A DNA stretch of 64,000 bases from Thalia democratica (Eukaryota), in NCBI GenBank assembly GCA_965202585.1, contig OZ241831.1:31000001-31064000 (forward strand), in the 5' to 3' direction. This document shows, piece after piece, positions 36,379 through 50,400 of the stretch; the stretch's first letter is position 1, and every line of letters starts with the position of its first letter. A program made the position numbers and the translations under genes. Under the pieces are notes generated by a model. That model saw nothing but the letters and a program-made list of their open reading frames with translations, was not told the origin of the DNA and did not search any database.

Positions 36379-36903
36379 CAAGGTTCCCACTTCCCTTTAA
36401 GTTTGCAATATTCTTAAAAATCCCTATAAATCCCTAGAAAAATTAAAAGATATGTGAAAATTCTTAGAAATCCCTATAAATTACGTTTTTTTGCATGGTG
36501 ATTGAAATTTGAAAGTTGAAAAGCAGCACAGAAAATTAAGCAAGATGGAAAAACACACTAACAAAATTTGATAATTTCATCTAAATAAATCTTTTAAATC
36601 TCAGTACAAAACTGACTCTATTGAGCCACCTAGCAGATAAACTTTTCAGTTTTCAAAACAACTACATTCTATCTAAAGTTTGCTTATTTAATTAAAATTA
36701 GAGCTCAAAAAACCTTCAAACTTTTGTAAATTTCTCTTTAAGACTGTGCTTATAAACGATTAATGACATATTTTACTCTATGTACCCTTAAAATATGTTT
36801 GTAACGTTAAATTTATTATTTTTTATTGATAGTTTCCCTATAAGTTTGCTATATTTTATGGATTTCTCTATAAATATTTTTTGAAATTTTAGTGGGAACC
36901 CTG
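36379..36903. mobile_element. MITE with TIR ca(a/g)ggttcccac, inserted in a TA run
   Basis: caaggttcccac...gtgggaaccctg flanked by tata on both sides; internal ccctataaa repeats. Confidence 0.75.
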
Positions 36904-37664
36904 TATATATCAAGAGCAGTTAAAATTTTTTTAACCATGCCTTTAAAAATGAACTTTCATTTAAGATATTAATTACAAGTCTAAGATATGTATAAATGAC
37001 TTTATTACTGTTTAAGTCAAAATATCAAAATAAATGTGATTTTTTGGGGTCAAATCTGTTTTTTGAGCAGCATTTTTTTAGATTCATTTTAGTGAAGCCA
37101 AAATATATGGAATTTGTATTATTTTGTGTGTCCAGCAAACATCATCCAAGTAATCTCCCTACCCCTAGTACTTTTCTAATGTATAAAGCTCTTTCGTACT
37201 TAAATATAAAATAAGAAAAAAAAGCAGGGAGATTTGTAATTATTATTTTTTGAAATTATTTCTAAAATTTTTGCTTAAAAAGTTTGAAGTAATATATTTT
37301 TTGAGTATTAGTAAATTCATTTTGTATCTTTCTCAATAGTGTTGATTTTGTTATGATTAATACATTGAATTAATTTTCAGTAAAAACTAATTTGTAAAGC
37401 AGATTTTGTCTCAATAATAGGATGCTTAGATTAAAGTATTTTATATTTATATCTTGTAATTATTTTTTATATATAATTTATATTATTTATACATATTTCA
37501 TTTTTTAACCATGTTCAAATTTACTCTAAGCTAAAAAAATCTTATCAAAATTTTATTTTTTTCAGTTTTACTTAAGTTAATGTGTAATACTTTTAAAATT
37601 TTTTAGCAGTTAGTTTAAAAAGTACGTACACATAACTTTGTTATCAGCATCAAGTTATTCTGTG

Positions 37665-38429
37665 ATGGAAAACACTTTTCCCATTAACAATGGAGGTTAC
37701 ACAGTGCAGCAGGGAGCTAACAGTTCACAAGAAAGCAACTTGCTGATGGACCTCTCAGTTTCGTCGTCGAACAACCACAGTGTGAGCTCTTTACTAATGC
37801 AAGACGACAACAAGGCTGGCTTGATTGATCTGTCGAACCAAGAAAACAAAACACAACAGGCGCCACTGCTTTCCACAGTTAATGACCAAAACTCCACACT
37901 GTTTGATCACCATAGACTAAATCAAAATTATGTTGAAAATTTGGTCGAACCAGAAAAAATGGAGTCTGACAACCACAATTACCCCCCAGTTGCAAACAAC
38001 AATGTTGCTGATAAAGTTGATGAGCAACTGACCAACACACAGCCCAACTTTCCAAACAGTTCTGTGGATGATTTTGGGATGTCTGGTAAGAGTCCGGAGA
38101 AATTGCATGAAGTTACAGATTCAAGTGTAAGTGATCAAGGTCCAATTGAACAACCGTATGAATGCAAAAAAGAAGTCGGGGTAGAAGTTGTAGATAAAGT
38201 TGATGTTAATGAAAATAACGTAGATGAAAATGAGCTCAAAGAACCTTTAAATGAAGAATTGAAAGAAGATATAAAAATATCTGTTAAAAACACAGAAAGT
38301 CCTAAAGAAAAAACAAATAATAAAAATGTTGCTCCTTTAAAAATATCTATCACAAAGCAATTTCCAGAAGAAACAAAAGTGTCAGATCAGAAGAAAGTTA
38401 AGACATCCCCAATGAAACTGCCACCCGCT
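37665..38429 (+). CDS. ZMYND8: ZMYND8 exon 1 (disordered N-terminus)
   Basis: 255 open codons from ATG; donor gttagt, phase 0. An upstream coding exon cannot be excluded. Confidence 0.8.
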
Positions 38430-41400
38430 GTTAGTTTGAATAAAATGTTTAGATAAAACCATGATCTAAATATACTAATTCAAAAAATTTAAATAAGTTA
38501 AATAAAATGTTTTTTTTTGTTTTTTGTATATTTATAAGTAGTTGTATTATTATCAAATCTATTTCATTGTTTAAGTATTACTATATTGTGTATTAAGTAT
38601 CATTAGTACACAATACTTAAGTAAATATTTAGTTTTTATTTAATTTTTTTTTAATATTCTACATAAATGTGTTTTAATTTATGCCAGGAATGTATGTTAA
38701 TTAAAATCTCTAGTTAAAAACCCTAGTAAATGACTAACTTTTAATAAATTTTATTTATCAAAAAAAAATTAAGCTTTTCCCTATTTCGAAATTGTGAATT
38801 TTTTTCAACACTGACTGAATTCAAAAAGTTAATTTGAGTTTTCTTTACTCCTTAAAAAGTAAATTACAATTAATAGTAAAACTATTCAATAGTGAAAGTT
38901 TTTATAAAAGCTTAAACTTTACTATTTTTACTGACCAAAAAATTTATTGTTGCGGATTTAACATTCTTTAAAATGTATTTTTAAGGGTGTTTAAAATAAT
39001 TTTTTTTGAAGTCTTTTGAAAGCTTGTTTGAAGAGTTTGATTTTTCCTGTAAATAGTATTTGTTTTGAATAAGTTTTCCAGTCTTTTAAATGTCCAAATA
39101 CTTTTAATTTATTATTGATGTAAACTTTTATAATTGTGTATAATTGGATTAAAAAAATATTTTGTTAGTGTACCTGTACATTGTACAGTTGTTATAATAG
39201 ATACTAATAGAAATTGACAAGTAGATACTAAATTTACCTTGGATATAATTTTTCTAAACAATTGTAGAATATTTATATACTAAGTAGCTGTTTTATTTTT
39301 ATCTTTAATACCAAACAAAAACTGAAGCATTCGGGAGTTGAAATAATGAAACTTTAGAACCCAAAGCAAATTATTAACAAATTAAAAGTTTAATGGTTAT
39401 TTTTAGCACTAGAAATATTCAAAGTTTTTACTAGCTACCCCATTGTAACACGCACTCAATAACGAAAATTTTTGTATATAGCAAACTCCGCAGGTGTTCG
39501 AGGGCGAGAACGACGCTTACTGCTGGAAGTGCCACAAGGAGGGCGAGGTGATCTGCTGCGAGAGCTGCCCACGGGTGTACCACCTGAAGTGTTTGAACCT
39601 GAAGAAGAACCCCGAAGTGGACACCTGGTTCTGCCCCGTGTGCATCAAGATCATGAACGCGGAGTCGATGGACAATCCGAAGAAGCTGCCCCTGGACCGC
39701 TTCCAGCTGGCAGAGCACCTGAAGTACGCCGTGAAGAGATTGGAAATAGCAGGGGTTGGTTGTGTTTCGTTTTTGATTAGTACTACTTTATTTATTACTG
39801 TAAACTGGAGCAAGGTTTGTACGCAATCTTTCGGTTTGCTGTACTTATACCTTAATTTTATTAACTTCATACTCTTTTATTTATATAAACTTTAGTGATA
39901 CTTTTGGCGAACTAGGTTTCTTGTTACGTAAACTAGATCAAGGTTTTTATGTCTTGTTCACTTGTGAAGTGTTTTGCTTTACAATATTTGAAATACACAC
40001 CAAGTACAGTTTTGAAAGATATTCTTGTTATGAATTTCAAATGCTTGAAAGTTATTATTACATTTAGCTTTAAATAATTTGTTATTACAAGTTTTATAAA
40101 GTTGTAAAGTTTACTTGAATGAAGTCTAAAGTTGGTACAAATCTTTATCTAAAATTGTCTGTATAATTTTATTTAAAGTAAAGTAAGCTATCATAGTTTT
40201 CTTATGTTCGATTTTTACAAACCATTCTTTGTTTTTTAAATGCAATTTTTAAGGTTAAATTTAAGTTTCTAGCTATTGGAATTGCTTGTATATAATTAAT
40301 GAGTATTATGTTTAAACTCTTAAGTTTTCTGTTTTATAAATTTTAATTTCTAAATTTGTACATTAAAAAAAGATATTTAGCGGGTAAAGTACATGTTGCT
40401 AAAACTTTAAGTAAATAAAGTAAAATTTAAATTAAAGAAATAAACCTTAGAAAAACTATACAAACCAGTAGTGTTAATTTCAATTACAAAGCAAAACTTT
40501 TTTGCAGTCTGATCCTTTCAGAAATCCGGTAGATACTGAAGTTTTTAGCGACTACACAGACTACATTTTTCATCCTATGGACGTTTACACAATAGAAGAG
40601 AAAAGAAAAGCCAGAAAGTACGGGTCTACTGAGGTTAAAACCTTTTTTGTAAATATTTTGCAGAACAAAAGTATTTTAGTATTTTATTGTAATGTTTTTA
40701 ACTTGGAATTTGTTCAAGGAGCGTACTTTTATTTCTTTGTAAGTTATTGATAAGTTTAACTTAATTATAAATAATAATTGAAGTTCTGAAAAGTATTTTT
40801 TATTATTTTTCAAAAACAGGTACTATAAACAGTGTTTATATAACAATAAGTATGCTGTTCCTATAAAAAGTTGCTTGAATAAATCATATATAAATTAGTT
40901 TTTTTTTTTGAAAATGTTGTCAAAAGTTTAATATACAAACTTTTATGAGTAATTTTTATTATATTAATGTACTTAGAACATAATTTTTTAAGTGATTTTG
41001 TCTTAATTTGTTAGTTTTACATTACCTAAACCAGCTTTCTAAAACAAAACAAAAGTATTGCACTTTTGAAACTGTTACTTATATAACTTTTCACTATCAA
41101 AAAAGTTTTTTTTATTATTGAAGTTTGTTTAAAAATAACAGATACTAATCAATCAATGTTCAATATTATAGTAATTTTTTCATTTTTTGGAAACAGTTCC
41201 GATTATGCATACCATTTATTACTCTATTCACAGTAAATTAAACATGTCAGTACTGTAAAAAATTTGTTTTACTTATAGATTTTGTTATGCAAATTTATTT
41301 AAAAACAAGAACTTATAAAACGAGTTGGTTTGCTCAACTAGAAACAAATTTAAAATAACCAAAAGCTTTTGTTATTAACCTAAGAAAAATAAATCCTAAA

Positions 41401-44400
41401 TAAGCAGCATTGTTAGAAAAGGAAAAATTAAAATAAGACAATTTAATTGTTACTTCAAAAATTTAAGGAGGAAAATTCTATTATTAGTTTAACTTATTGA
41501 AAATTTTAAAGTAGATTGAAACTTCCAAATTTTTTAGTTTATATTTAATAATTATTTTAATACATTATAATATTATTTCAATATATTGCAGGCATTCGGA
41601 GCCGATGTGGAATGGATACTTCACAACTGCATCGTTTACAACGGAGTTGGAAAACTGTCAATGATTGCCAAGCAGATGGTAAAAACCGCCGAGTTTGAGG
41701 TTGTTGGAGTGTATTTTTTAGTTTTATATATATTTTTAAGTGTAAATATACAATTCTAACCTTGGAAGTGTAGCTTTGCGCGAAAATTTTAGGACATTGT
41801 TAAATACAATAGATCTGTTATGTATATTACTATGCATGTACAGTACATCAATGTTTTAAAAACCGCGTTAGTGGTTGTTTACTTAAATATTATAATAGTA
41901 AGTGCAGTTTAGTTATAGTTTTAATTTAACATGTTTTTAAATAAACTAGATAATATCACCTTTAAAGTTTTACATATATAATAGTTGACATGTAAAGTTT
42001 ATAAAAATTAAAATATTAAGTAACTAAATTAATTTTTTTAATCAATAAGTAACTTGTTTAACGTTATAAGTTTATAGAAAATTAAAAAAAAAAACTAATA
42101 GTTTTGAGAAATTTAAATTTCAGTGTTTAAAACTTTCCTTATTATTTATCTTTTATAATAAACAACTCAATACTTTTGTTCCAGATGAAAGAAATCGAAG
42201 TGTGTCCGGAGTGTTACTTGAACGCCGGCAAGAACCGTCCCGATTGGTTCTGCGAGCCTTGCCAGAAAAACCACCGGCTCATATGGGCCAAACTCGCCGG
42301 CTTTCCCCACTGGCCCGCCAAGGTTAGTAATTTTTTGTTTGTTTTAGAAGTATTTTTTAGGGCTTTTATTTAAGTTAGTTTTTAAGGTACCTAAACGTAA
42401 CATCCTTTCTTAGGTGTGGAATGTACAGCATTGTTACATAAGTTGTTGCACAATTTATGTAACAAAGTTTCAAAGAAGCCATACATTTTTTTACCTTGGT
42501 GAATTCAACCATATTTAAATTTATTGCTTGTTTCAGTTTTTATTCAGTTTGAGTATTTATTTTGTATTATAAGTTTATTTTTTTCCCTAACCGATAGTTT
42601 ATAGATAATTTTCTAGTTATTTGTATGCCAGATTTAATAACATCCTGTATTGTAGCTTTAAACGGATTTTTAACAAGATTTTTCTAAGAAGTGCTATCTG
42701 ATATAGTTTTAAGTAAGTACTAGATATTTATAAAGAAGTCTAAATTCTTAGTTTTCTCATTCTACTGATTTAATTGTATACAAAATCCTTTTTAAGTATG
42801 TAATGTTTTTAATAAGTTTTTATTGTTTCTTTAGTACAGTAAATTATGCTTTTGTCATAATGTATGGCTTTTATATACCGAACTATAGATTTTAATTAAT
42901 TTAAGTACCTTAAAAAAAGATTAGATTTTATAGTTTGCTTATAAAACGTAGGAATCACAGGTCACATAACAATCTTAATTCTTTTAAAGCAGGGGTCGGC
43001 AAACTGCGGCCCGCGGGCCAAATGCGGCCCTCAAAGTCTAAATCAGCGGCCCGCGAGCTTCTTTTCAGTTTAAAATATATGTTTTTATAGCAATAAAAAA
43101 TTAAAGACTTTGCAATAAAAACTTACATTTAGGCTCTTAATTCAATAAATAATCATTACTAGTGCTCAACTATTGCTTAATTTATCATATTTCTGATCTA
43201 AAATAATATTTTTCTATTGATTACTAGAAATTTATACAAATAAATGCGGCCTTCGAAGATTTTTTTTATAAATAAATGCGGCCCGTGAGCATTATTTCCT
43301 GGGAAAATTGGCCCGCGATTTGCAAAAGGCTGCCGACCCCTGTTTTAAAGCAACAGCGTTGCAACTGAAAATCCACTTAAACGAATCATGGTATCACTTT
43401 ATGCTTTTTTACCGCTGACGACAACAAAGTAGAGTTTGCAATCTGAATTGAGTTTCTTTTATTGTGAATGTTTTGTAGAACAATATTTTTTTTTCTTCTA
43501 CAATTTGCACCAACAGGCGCTGAAAGTGGACGGGAAGGGGCTGGTGGACGCGAGGTTCTTCGGTCAGCACGACCGGGCGTGGGTGCGGGAGGAAAACTGC
43601 TACCTGTACTCCAAGGAGATGCCCCACCAGGTGAAGAACAAGAAGAAGGCCGGCGCTAAAGGTTCGTTGATTGTTTCTTGATAATAATTTTTTCGGTACA
43701 TGTTTATGATATTCATTAGTTGTTTTGTTGCTGATAGGGTTTTGTTGTTCACATAGTATTTTTTTTGATTAATTTAGAACTTATAAAGTAGTTTGGTCAA
43801 AGAAGACACATCAGGTTTACAAGTTTATTTGTTATCACAAAGTAGTTTTTTTTTAATTAAATTAGTTCGACTAGGAATATCAATGATGTTTGGTTCTTCA
43901 AAAAAACACCAATTTTTAAAAATTAAATAGTTTTATCTGAATTTATTGTAATGTAGATGATTGAATGAGTAAACATTTTTTAGGAATATTGATAAGTTTA
44001 TAGTTAGACATTATGATTATAGGTTGTGCTAGCGTACCTCGTTAATAGTATATTACTTTAGCTTGATATATTCATGAATGTATTTGTTTAGTTTTTTGTA
44101 GTTTTCAAGTTTAGTATAAGTCAAGCACTTAGTGTCCTACAAGCATAAATACAAGTTACTAAAATAGTTTAAGTTTATCATGGTTACTTTAAACAGCTTG
44201 CCTTTGAGAACTTTTGAAATACTAAATTTTTTTTTGATTAGCTATATGGTGTAAAACTAACAAAGTTTAAGTAGTAAAGTGATACATAAGTTCTTTTAAT
44301 ATCAAAATAAAAGCAATAGTTTTTATGTAGTATTTAATCTCAGTTGTTTTATTTGTCAACCATTGCAGCTAAAGTATGACTAGATTTAAATAACAATTCA

Positions 44401-47400
44401 AAGTAAGTTATGTTATTTAGACTTGGAACTATTTAAGATTTTAGTCTTTTGTTTTGAAAGTACTTACTGTATAGTATATTTAACAATGGTTAGTACCAAA
44501 ATTTTATTTATTTTGTTATAATTTAGTTTCAATGAGCAAGGATCAAAGTTTAGAGTCGCAGTTTTTTTTAGTTGTCAATATTATGTTTTATTAGACTTCA
44601 GCCGTTTTTTTAAATTTATAAACATTTTTTTATTTAGAAATAACTTTTTGTTTGCCCGACAAGAAGTCAAAGCTCATGGAAAGTAAATACCATGTACTAA
44701 TTTGGTTTTTATGAGTTATGAGCAGAATTTACACAGATCAGAATAAGTACACAACAACAAATACCATTAAAAGAAGTTAGTATTAGTTGAGTTTTATTAA
44801 TGGTTTTTATTTTTGAATACATAGCTGAATATGAATTTTTTAAACATAGAAAGTATTAAGTAAATTTGAAAATAAGACGTATGTTTTTAATATGTAAAGT
44901 TAGCTTTTCTGCTTATTTTTGAATTAATTTAGACAGTGTACATTTTCTTATACTAGATAGTTATAAGCTAGTTGTTCGTTTCGTAAACCTCATCAAATTT
45001 TTTTTGTTATTGCCTGATTGTCACTTCCTTAAGAACATTATTTTTATACTAGCATTGTGTGTTTATAGCTTTTTTGATTATAATTATTAATTTTGAATAT
45101 GCATTTGAATGTCGTAAGGATTTTTTAATAGTTTAGTCGTTTTAAACTTATAATAATAAAATATTTATTAATATTATAATTTTGCCAAAAAAGAAGCATT
45201 TTGTAGTAACAGTAATAACTATTACTTAAATTAAAAGGTTAAAGTAACTTATTTTGTGAAAATTTATGTTTTAAGAGTAATTAAGTTTGTTAAGTCTTGT
45301 TAGATTTAAAAAGTTATCAAGTATTTTTATTTAGGATTGAGAAAATTTAATTTATTTAACTACAAAAAAAGCGCTCAAATTTTTTGGTCGTAAGACCTTT
45401 CGGTTATCGAGTCTTATTCGGTTAACGTCTTATAAAAGAAAGCAAAAAAAACATATTGTACAATAAAAACCAATACAAACGGACATCTACATTAAATAAA
45501 CCTTATTTACGGTAATTGTATTTTTTACTAAAATATACCAAGTTTAAAATTTACTCTACTTTGCTCTTTTACAACAAATTAATTAATTTTGCTACATCTA
45601 AAAGCTGATACAAAATTGCCAATTCGAAATACAGTGGTGGGTTTTTAACTTTAATTGTCTGATTAATGTCAAGATGTAGTTGGTTAAAAAAAACGTAAAA
45701 AAGTCCAAGACAATGAGCATACTTTATCATTCTTAAAATAGACATGGACGTTAAAGCATCTTTTCAAGTTTACTTTTTCACGGCGGACTTGACAATGCGA
45801 TCGCGGAACTGACTACGTGCAACCGAAAAAGTTAAAAACAAATTCTTACATCTTCAGTCGTTTGTTTGATATTTAGATTTTACGTGTTCCACTCGGAAAA
45901 AAAAAAATCGTGTTATACAAATCAACATGATGCATGTAAACTTTATGTTGGGATGAAAAAAAATTGCTATAGTGAAAAATTTCAGGCGGACTCGACAACG
46001 CGATCGCGGAAGCGCAGAGGTACGTCGACAACGTCACGAAGAAATTCGGAAAATTTGAGTGGGCCACGTTGAGGCAACCACTGGCGGAAAGTTCCAGAAA
46101 AATCAGCACTTGTGAGTTTTGCTAAACATTTCTAATAAGTAGTTGAATAAAATAAATTAAAAAAGTAGTTGTATTTGAAAGTAGAAGTGACTAAATAAAA
46201 TTATTGAAAATCATCACTTGTTAATATAGTTGGTTGAAGTTTTTAGTAATAAGATAATTGACTGTAATAGATAAAAGTAACTAAGTTTATTAGTAAGTTA
46301 CTAGTAATTAGATATAGAAGTGATTAAATCTAACAGTGTTTAAGATTACAAGTAGTTAAATTTAACAGTAATTAAGATTAGAAGTAATTAAATTTAATGG
46401 TATTTAAAAATGAAAGAAGTTAAATTAAATAGTATTAATAAGTAAAAGTAATTAAATCAAATTAATACAGATGATTACGCATCAGGAAGTATTCCGGACA
46501 GTTCAGATGTAAGTTACATTTTTCATTAATAATAAAAAACTTTTTTGCATTATTTGATTTAATTTTTTTATATAGGCTGATTCAACAAAAGCGGACACCC
46601 TGGCTTTTCAGATCAAGGCACTGAGTAAAAGTTCGTTGCTTTTGTAATTTATTGAATTAGAAATGTGAGCTAAAGATATAAATACTTAAATAATTTTTGT
46701 ACATGTTAACCTTAATTCTTAACAAAACACTAGTTAGCCTATTACGTCTTATCCTTAAAATGATGAACATACAAAAATTGTGACGCCTTAATAATAGCTT
46801 ATACAAAAGTTGCTTTAAAACATATACAAAAGTTTCCATCAGTCAGCATTTGCTGCATAATAATTATAAAATAAATTATCAGTACCTAATGTGTTATATA
46901 TTTCTACACTTTAGTATGCACAAAATTTTCCTGTAGTTTACTTTGTACAGCTTTTAAAAAGTTTGAGAACCATTATTTTATTAATTGGGAAAATTTCTTT
47001 AATAGCCTTTAATTTGGGATTTCTTGTAAATTCATTGAACTTGAAAAAAAATCCTTGTGCTCCAAAAAACTTTAATTTCAAGACCTATCCCAAGTTGGTA
47101 TTTGACTGACAAAAAAAAGAATAATTTAACAACGTTCATTCTAAATTTGTTGGTTTATCTTTGAGTTATTTAAATAAAATTGGCTAATCTAGTGCTTTTC
47201 GAATCATTGAATAAACTATTAAAAAAAACTGCATAAAGTGTATAAAGTTCATTCAGGTAATCAATGTATTAAAAAATACACTTATAAAAGTTTTTGATTT
47301 TTTGTATTAGCCATAGACACTATATGAATGCTAATGCTATGGTAAAAAAAGTATTAAAGTTTGTACCTGCGCAGATCGGAAAATTATTGAACAAAAGTAA

Positions 47401-50400
47401 CGATATGTTGTTTGTTATTTTTAAAGTTATCACATATGCTTAAAATCCATTCATGGGAAATTGTTAGTGTACATGCGTTCGAAACTGAAATAAAAACACA
47501 TACCAAAACTCGTTTGCATAAAAAGCAATTGTGTTTTTTAAATTTTCAGAAGCATCAACAGCGACTTCGGTGGTGAGGAAGAAATCGAAAGTTGTCACAA
47601 CCAGCGGCCACCATCCAAACAAGAAGAAGCACTCGTCATCGCTCAACAAAACCATAAAGAACCTCGCAGAGCAAGTTGAAAAGGTTGGTTTGTATTATAA
47701 GCTGAAGTGTGTTTTAACCATTTGAATTTTTTTACTTGGATCGTGTTTTTTTTCATGTTTTCTAGATCTGTCACTATTTTTAAAGCTAGGTTTTTTACTA
47801 TTTGTTATATAAAGCAGGGTTGTCACAAAACCTGAAATCTTGGAAAAACCTGGAATTTGACAATTTAGGCTGAAAAAACTTGGATCCTAGAAATGTGTGT
47901 TATATTCATTTCATATAATCATTACAACCAACTGGATTGTAATCTTTTAAAATTGTAACAGGAATGTTTTTAATACTTTTTTTCTCACTAGATGTACTAA
48001 AATAAACATTTTCATATCTTCCTTAAACATTACACCCGAAAAATGATAAAGCTTTAACGTATACTTTCTAATAATAACCATAATAGTTTATATAGATATC
48101 CTAAACTACAAATTTAGATGCATATTTCTTTAATGTTTTCCAGTCATTGTCGAACGATAAAAACTATTTTTTTGTACTTGAATGTTATTTTGATTATTTA
48201 AATGACAAAAGTGTTTAAAATAATCGTTTACCAAAATGATACATTAATTTTAAAATTTAACTTGAACATGACTTTTGTTATCAATTTTTTTTTTAAAATA
48301 ACCTTTATTTATTAACAAAAAGTAACTGTTTTTAATTTGATAGGAATCAGTATCAGATAACGACACGAGTTCAACCGATTCTTCTGCGGACGAATCATAT
48401 CCTTCTCAGCCAAGTTCGTTTGTTTATTATGTATTTGCCCTAAAATATAAACTGTTGATGAAATTGTAACTTAATTAGTTATATGTTTTTTTATATTATT
48501 TTTTTTTCAGAACAACTATCTCCAAGCTCCGCTTCCGACAATGACTTGTTGAGTGTTAGTTTTTTAGTTTGTGTTTATTAACATAAGTTATTTTTTTGTA
48601 GTCTTTGGTTTTAATCTTGTTCTTGTTTGTACCGTACAAGTATAACTACCGTTACTGTTCCAGTCAAGTACGAATTTTTGAGTCAAAAGACGTACTTGAC
48701 TTTTTAATGATATAAGGATCAATAAAATTTCCAATTGATCGATTAAGGTTATGGTAGACACGTGCAGTTCTTAAAAAGTGGCTTAATATCAAAAGTAAAT
48801 TTAAATACGTTTTGTTTTAAAAAAAAAGTACTTAATGTTTTTCGAAAAAAAGCGTAATTTTGACTTGTCAAGCCATAAAGTATTTTTATTAATCATAGTT
48901 GGCTTGATTTAAAAAACAACCTTTAATATTTTTTATCTCGGCTAAGTTAAAAGTTTTAGTGTATATACATGTTTTTTTTAAGTTATAAAATTGTTTTATT
49001 AACAAGTATTTATAAGTTCAGTACTTTTTGTATCTTAATAAGTTCAAACATCAAAAAACTAGCACTTTATTTATTTGTAGAGTTCCAAGTTGAAAAAAAA
49101 GAGAAGTGATATAAAGTCGATGAACAAAAGTTTGAAGAGGAAAATTTCAGACGATCCAGCGAAAACTCCTACCAAGCATCGTAAATCCGACATTGGCAAC
49201 ACTTCCATAAATTCAGACAAAAGTTTGCACAAGAAGAAAAATTCTGAAAGTCTTAGTAGAGGGTGAGTTGTACTAAGTATACAAGGTAGAAAAGCTTTTT
49301 TTTGCTTTGGTTATTATTATTTCAAGTTTATTTTCCTACGCTGGACGCAGGCATCAAAGTGTGGGTCACTTAAACTGAAAGACACGAAACATTGAGACAA
49401 AAAGAAAAAATAAGACAAAAAAATTCATGTTGTTAAAATCAGAAAACATAATTTTAAATTTCTAGATCAACATATGCATTATTTTTGTAGATCTGTTTAT
49501 GAAAAGGTGAAAAAGCGTGACTCCGTTTCTCATTCTATGAATTCTTCTAACTTGGTAAGTTGTTTTTGAAACTTTAATATCTAACTAAATACAGTTACTA
49601 CCTTTGAAATAATTAAGTTTTGTTTTATCAATTTAAACCTTGTAATGGCTAGTTTTAAATGTCATTTGTTAAGTTATCACTTTTAAAACTCTTATACTAG
49701 TATTAGAGGTATTAAAAATACTTCATATCATTATGCTACCTGGTTTGAACCAAAGTAAATTAGACTTGTTTTTTTTTTTATTTTTTTATACCCTTAAATT
49801 TAAATATCGAAGTTATACTTAACTAAAAAATTAATATCTTAATTAAGGCTTTTACTAAATATTTTTATTTTTTAATACTTAAAGTTCTAGACTGTATCTG
49901 TTTTGTTGTCTAAAAAATTTGATGCATACAAACATCGCTCTTAAAACTTTATGTAGTGTAGAGTATTTATAACTTGTATATAAGTTTTGCAAACAACTCC
50001 AAACTGTTTGAGGACTTTGTAACTTTAGACAAAAACCGATATAGTTATAGTTAAATACCAAAAATATAAACTAAAGCTTTAAATATAAATTTTTTGTTTA
50101 AAATTAGTAGCTTGTTATAACTAAACTATAGAATAAGTTTCAAATGTTAAGTTTTGGTAATTTTCATACTAATCTTTTATAAAAAGTGTGTATAAAGATA
50201 GTCTCACAATCAATCAAGTGTTACTTGATTGTACTACACAATAAAACTGCTGTATAGGTTTCAAATGTATTAGTTTTTGTAATGAAAATTAATTTTAAAG
50301 ACCTTTGCTTATTAATTTTTCGTATTTTATTTCAGCCACACAAGAAAAAAAGTTTTGGAGGTATGTCAATTTTTATATAATTGTAAAAGGTAAAATATCG

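Noticed and set aside
44638-44682. Possible 45-nt symmetric cassette exon ([15 protein letters not shown]) in ZMYND8 intron 6
   Set aside because: AG/GT and frame fit, but it would interrupt the PWWP C-terminal helix, and such matches arise by chance in 2.3 kb of AT-rich intron. Needs RNA evidence.
49340-49400. GC-richer patch with cag in ZMYND8 intron 13
   Set aside because: All three frames hit stops, there is no good donor, and exons 13 and 14 already join in phase.
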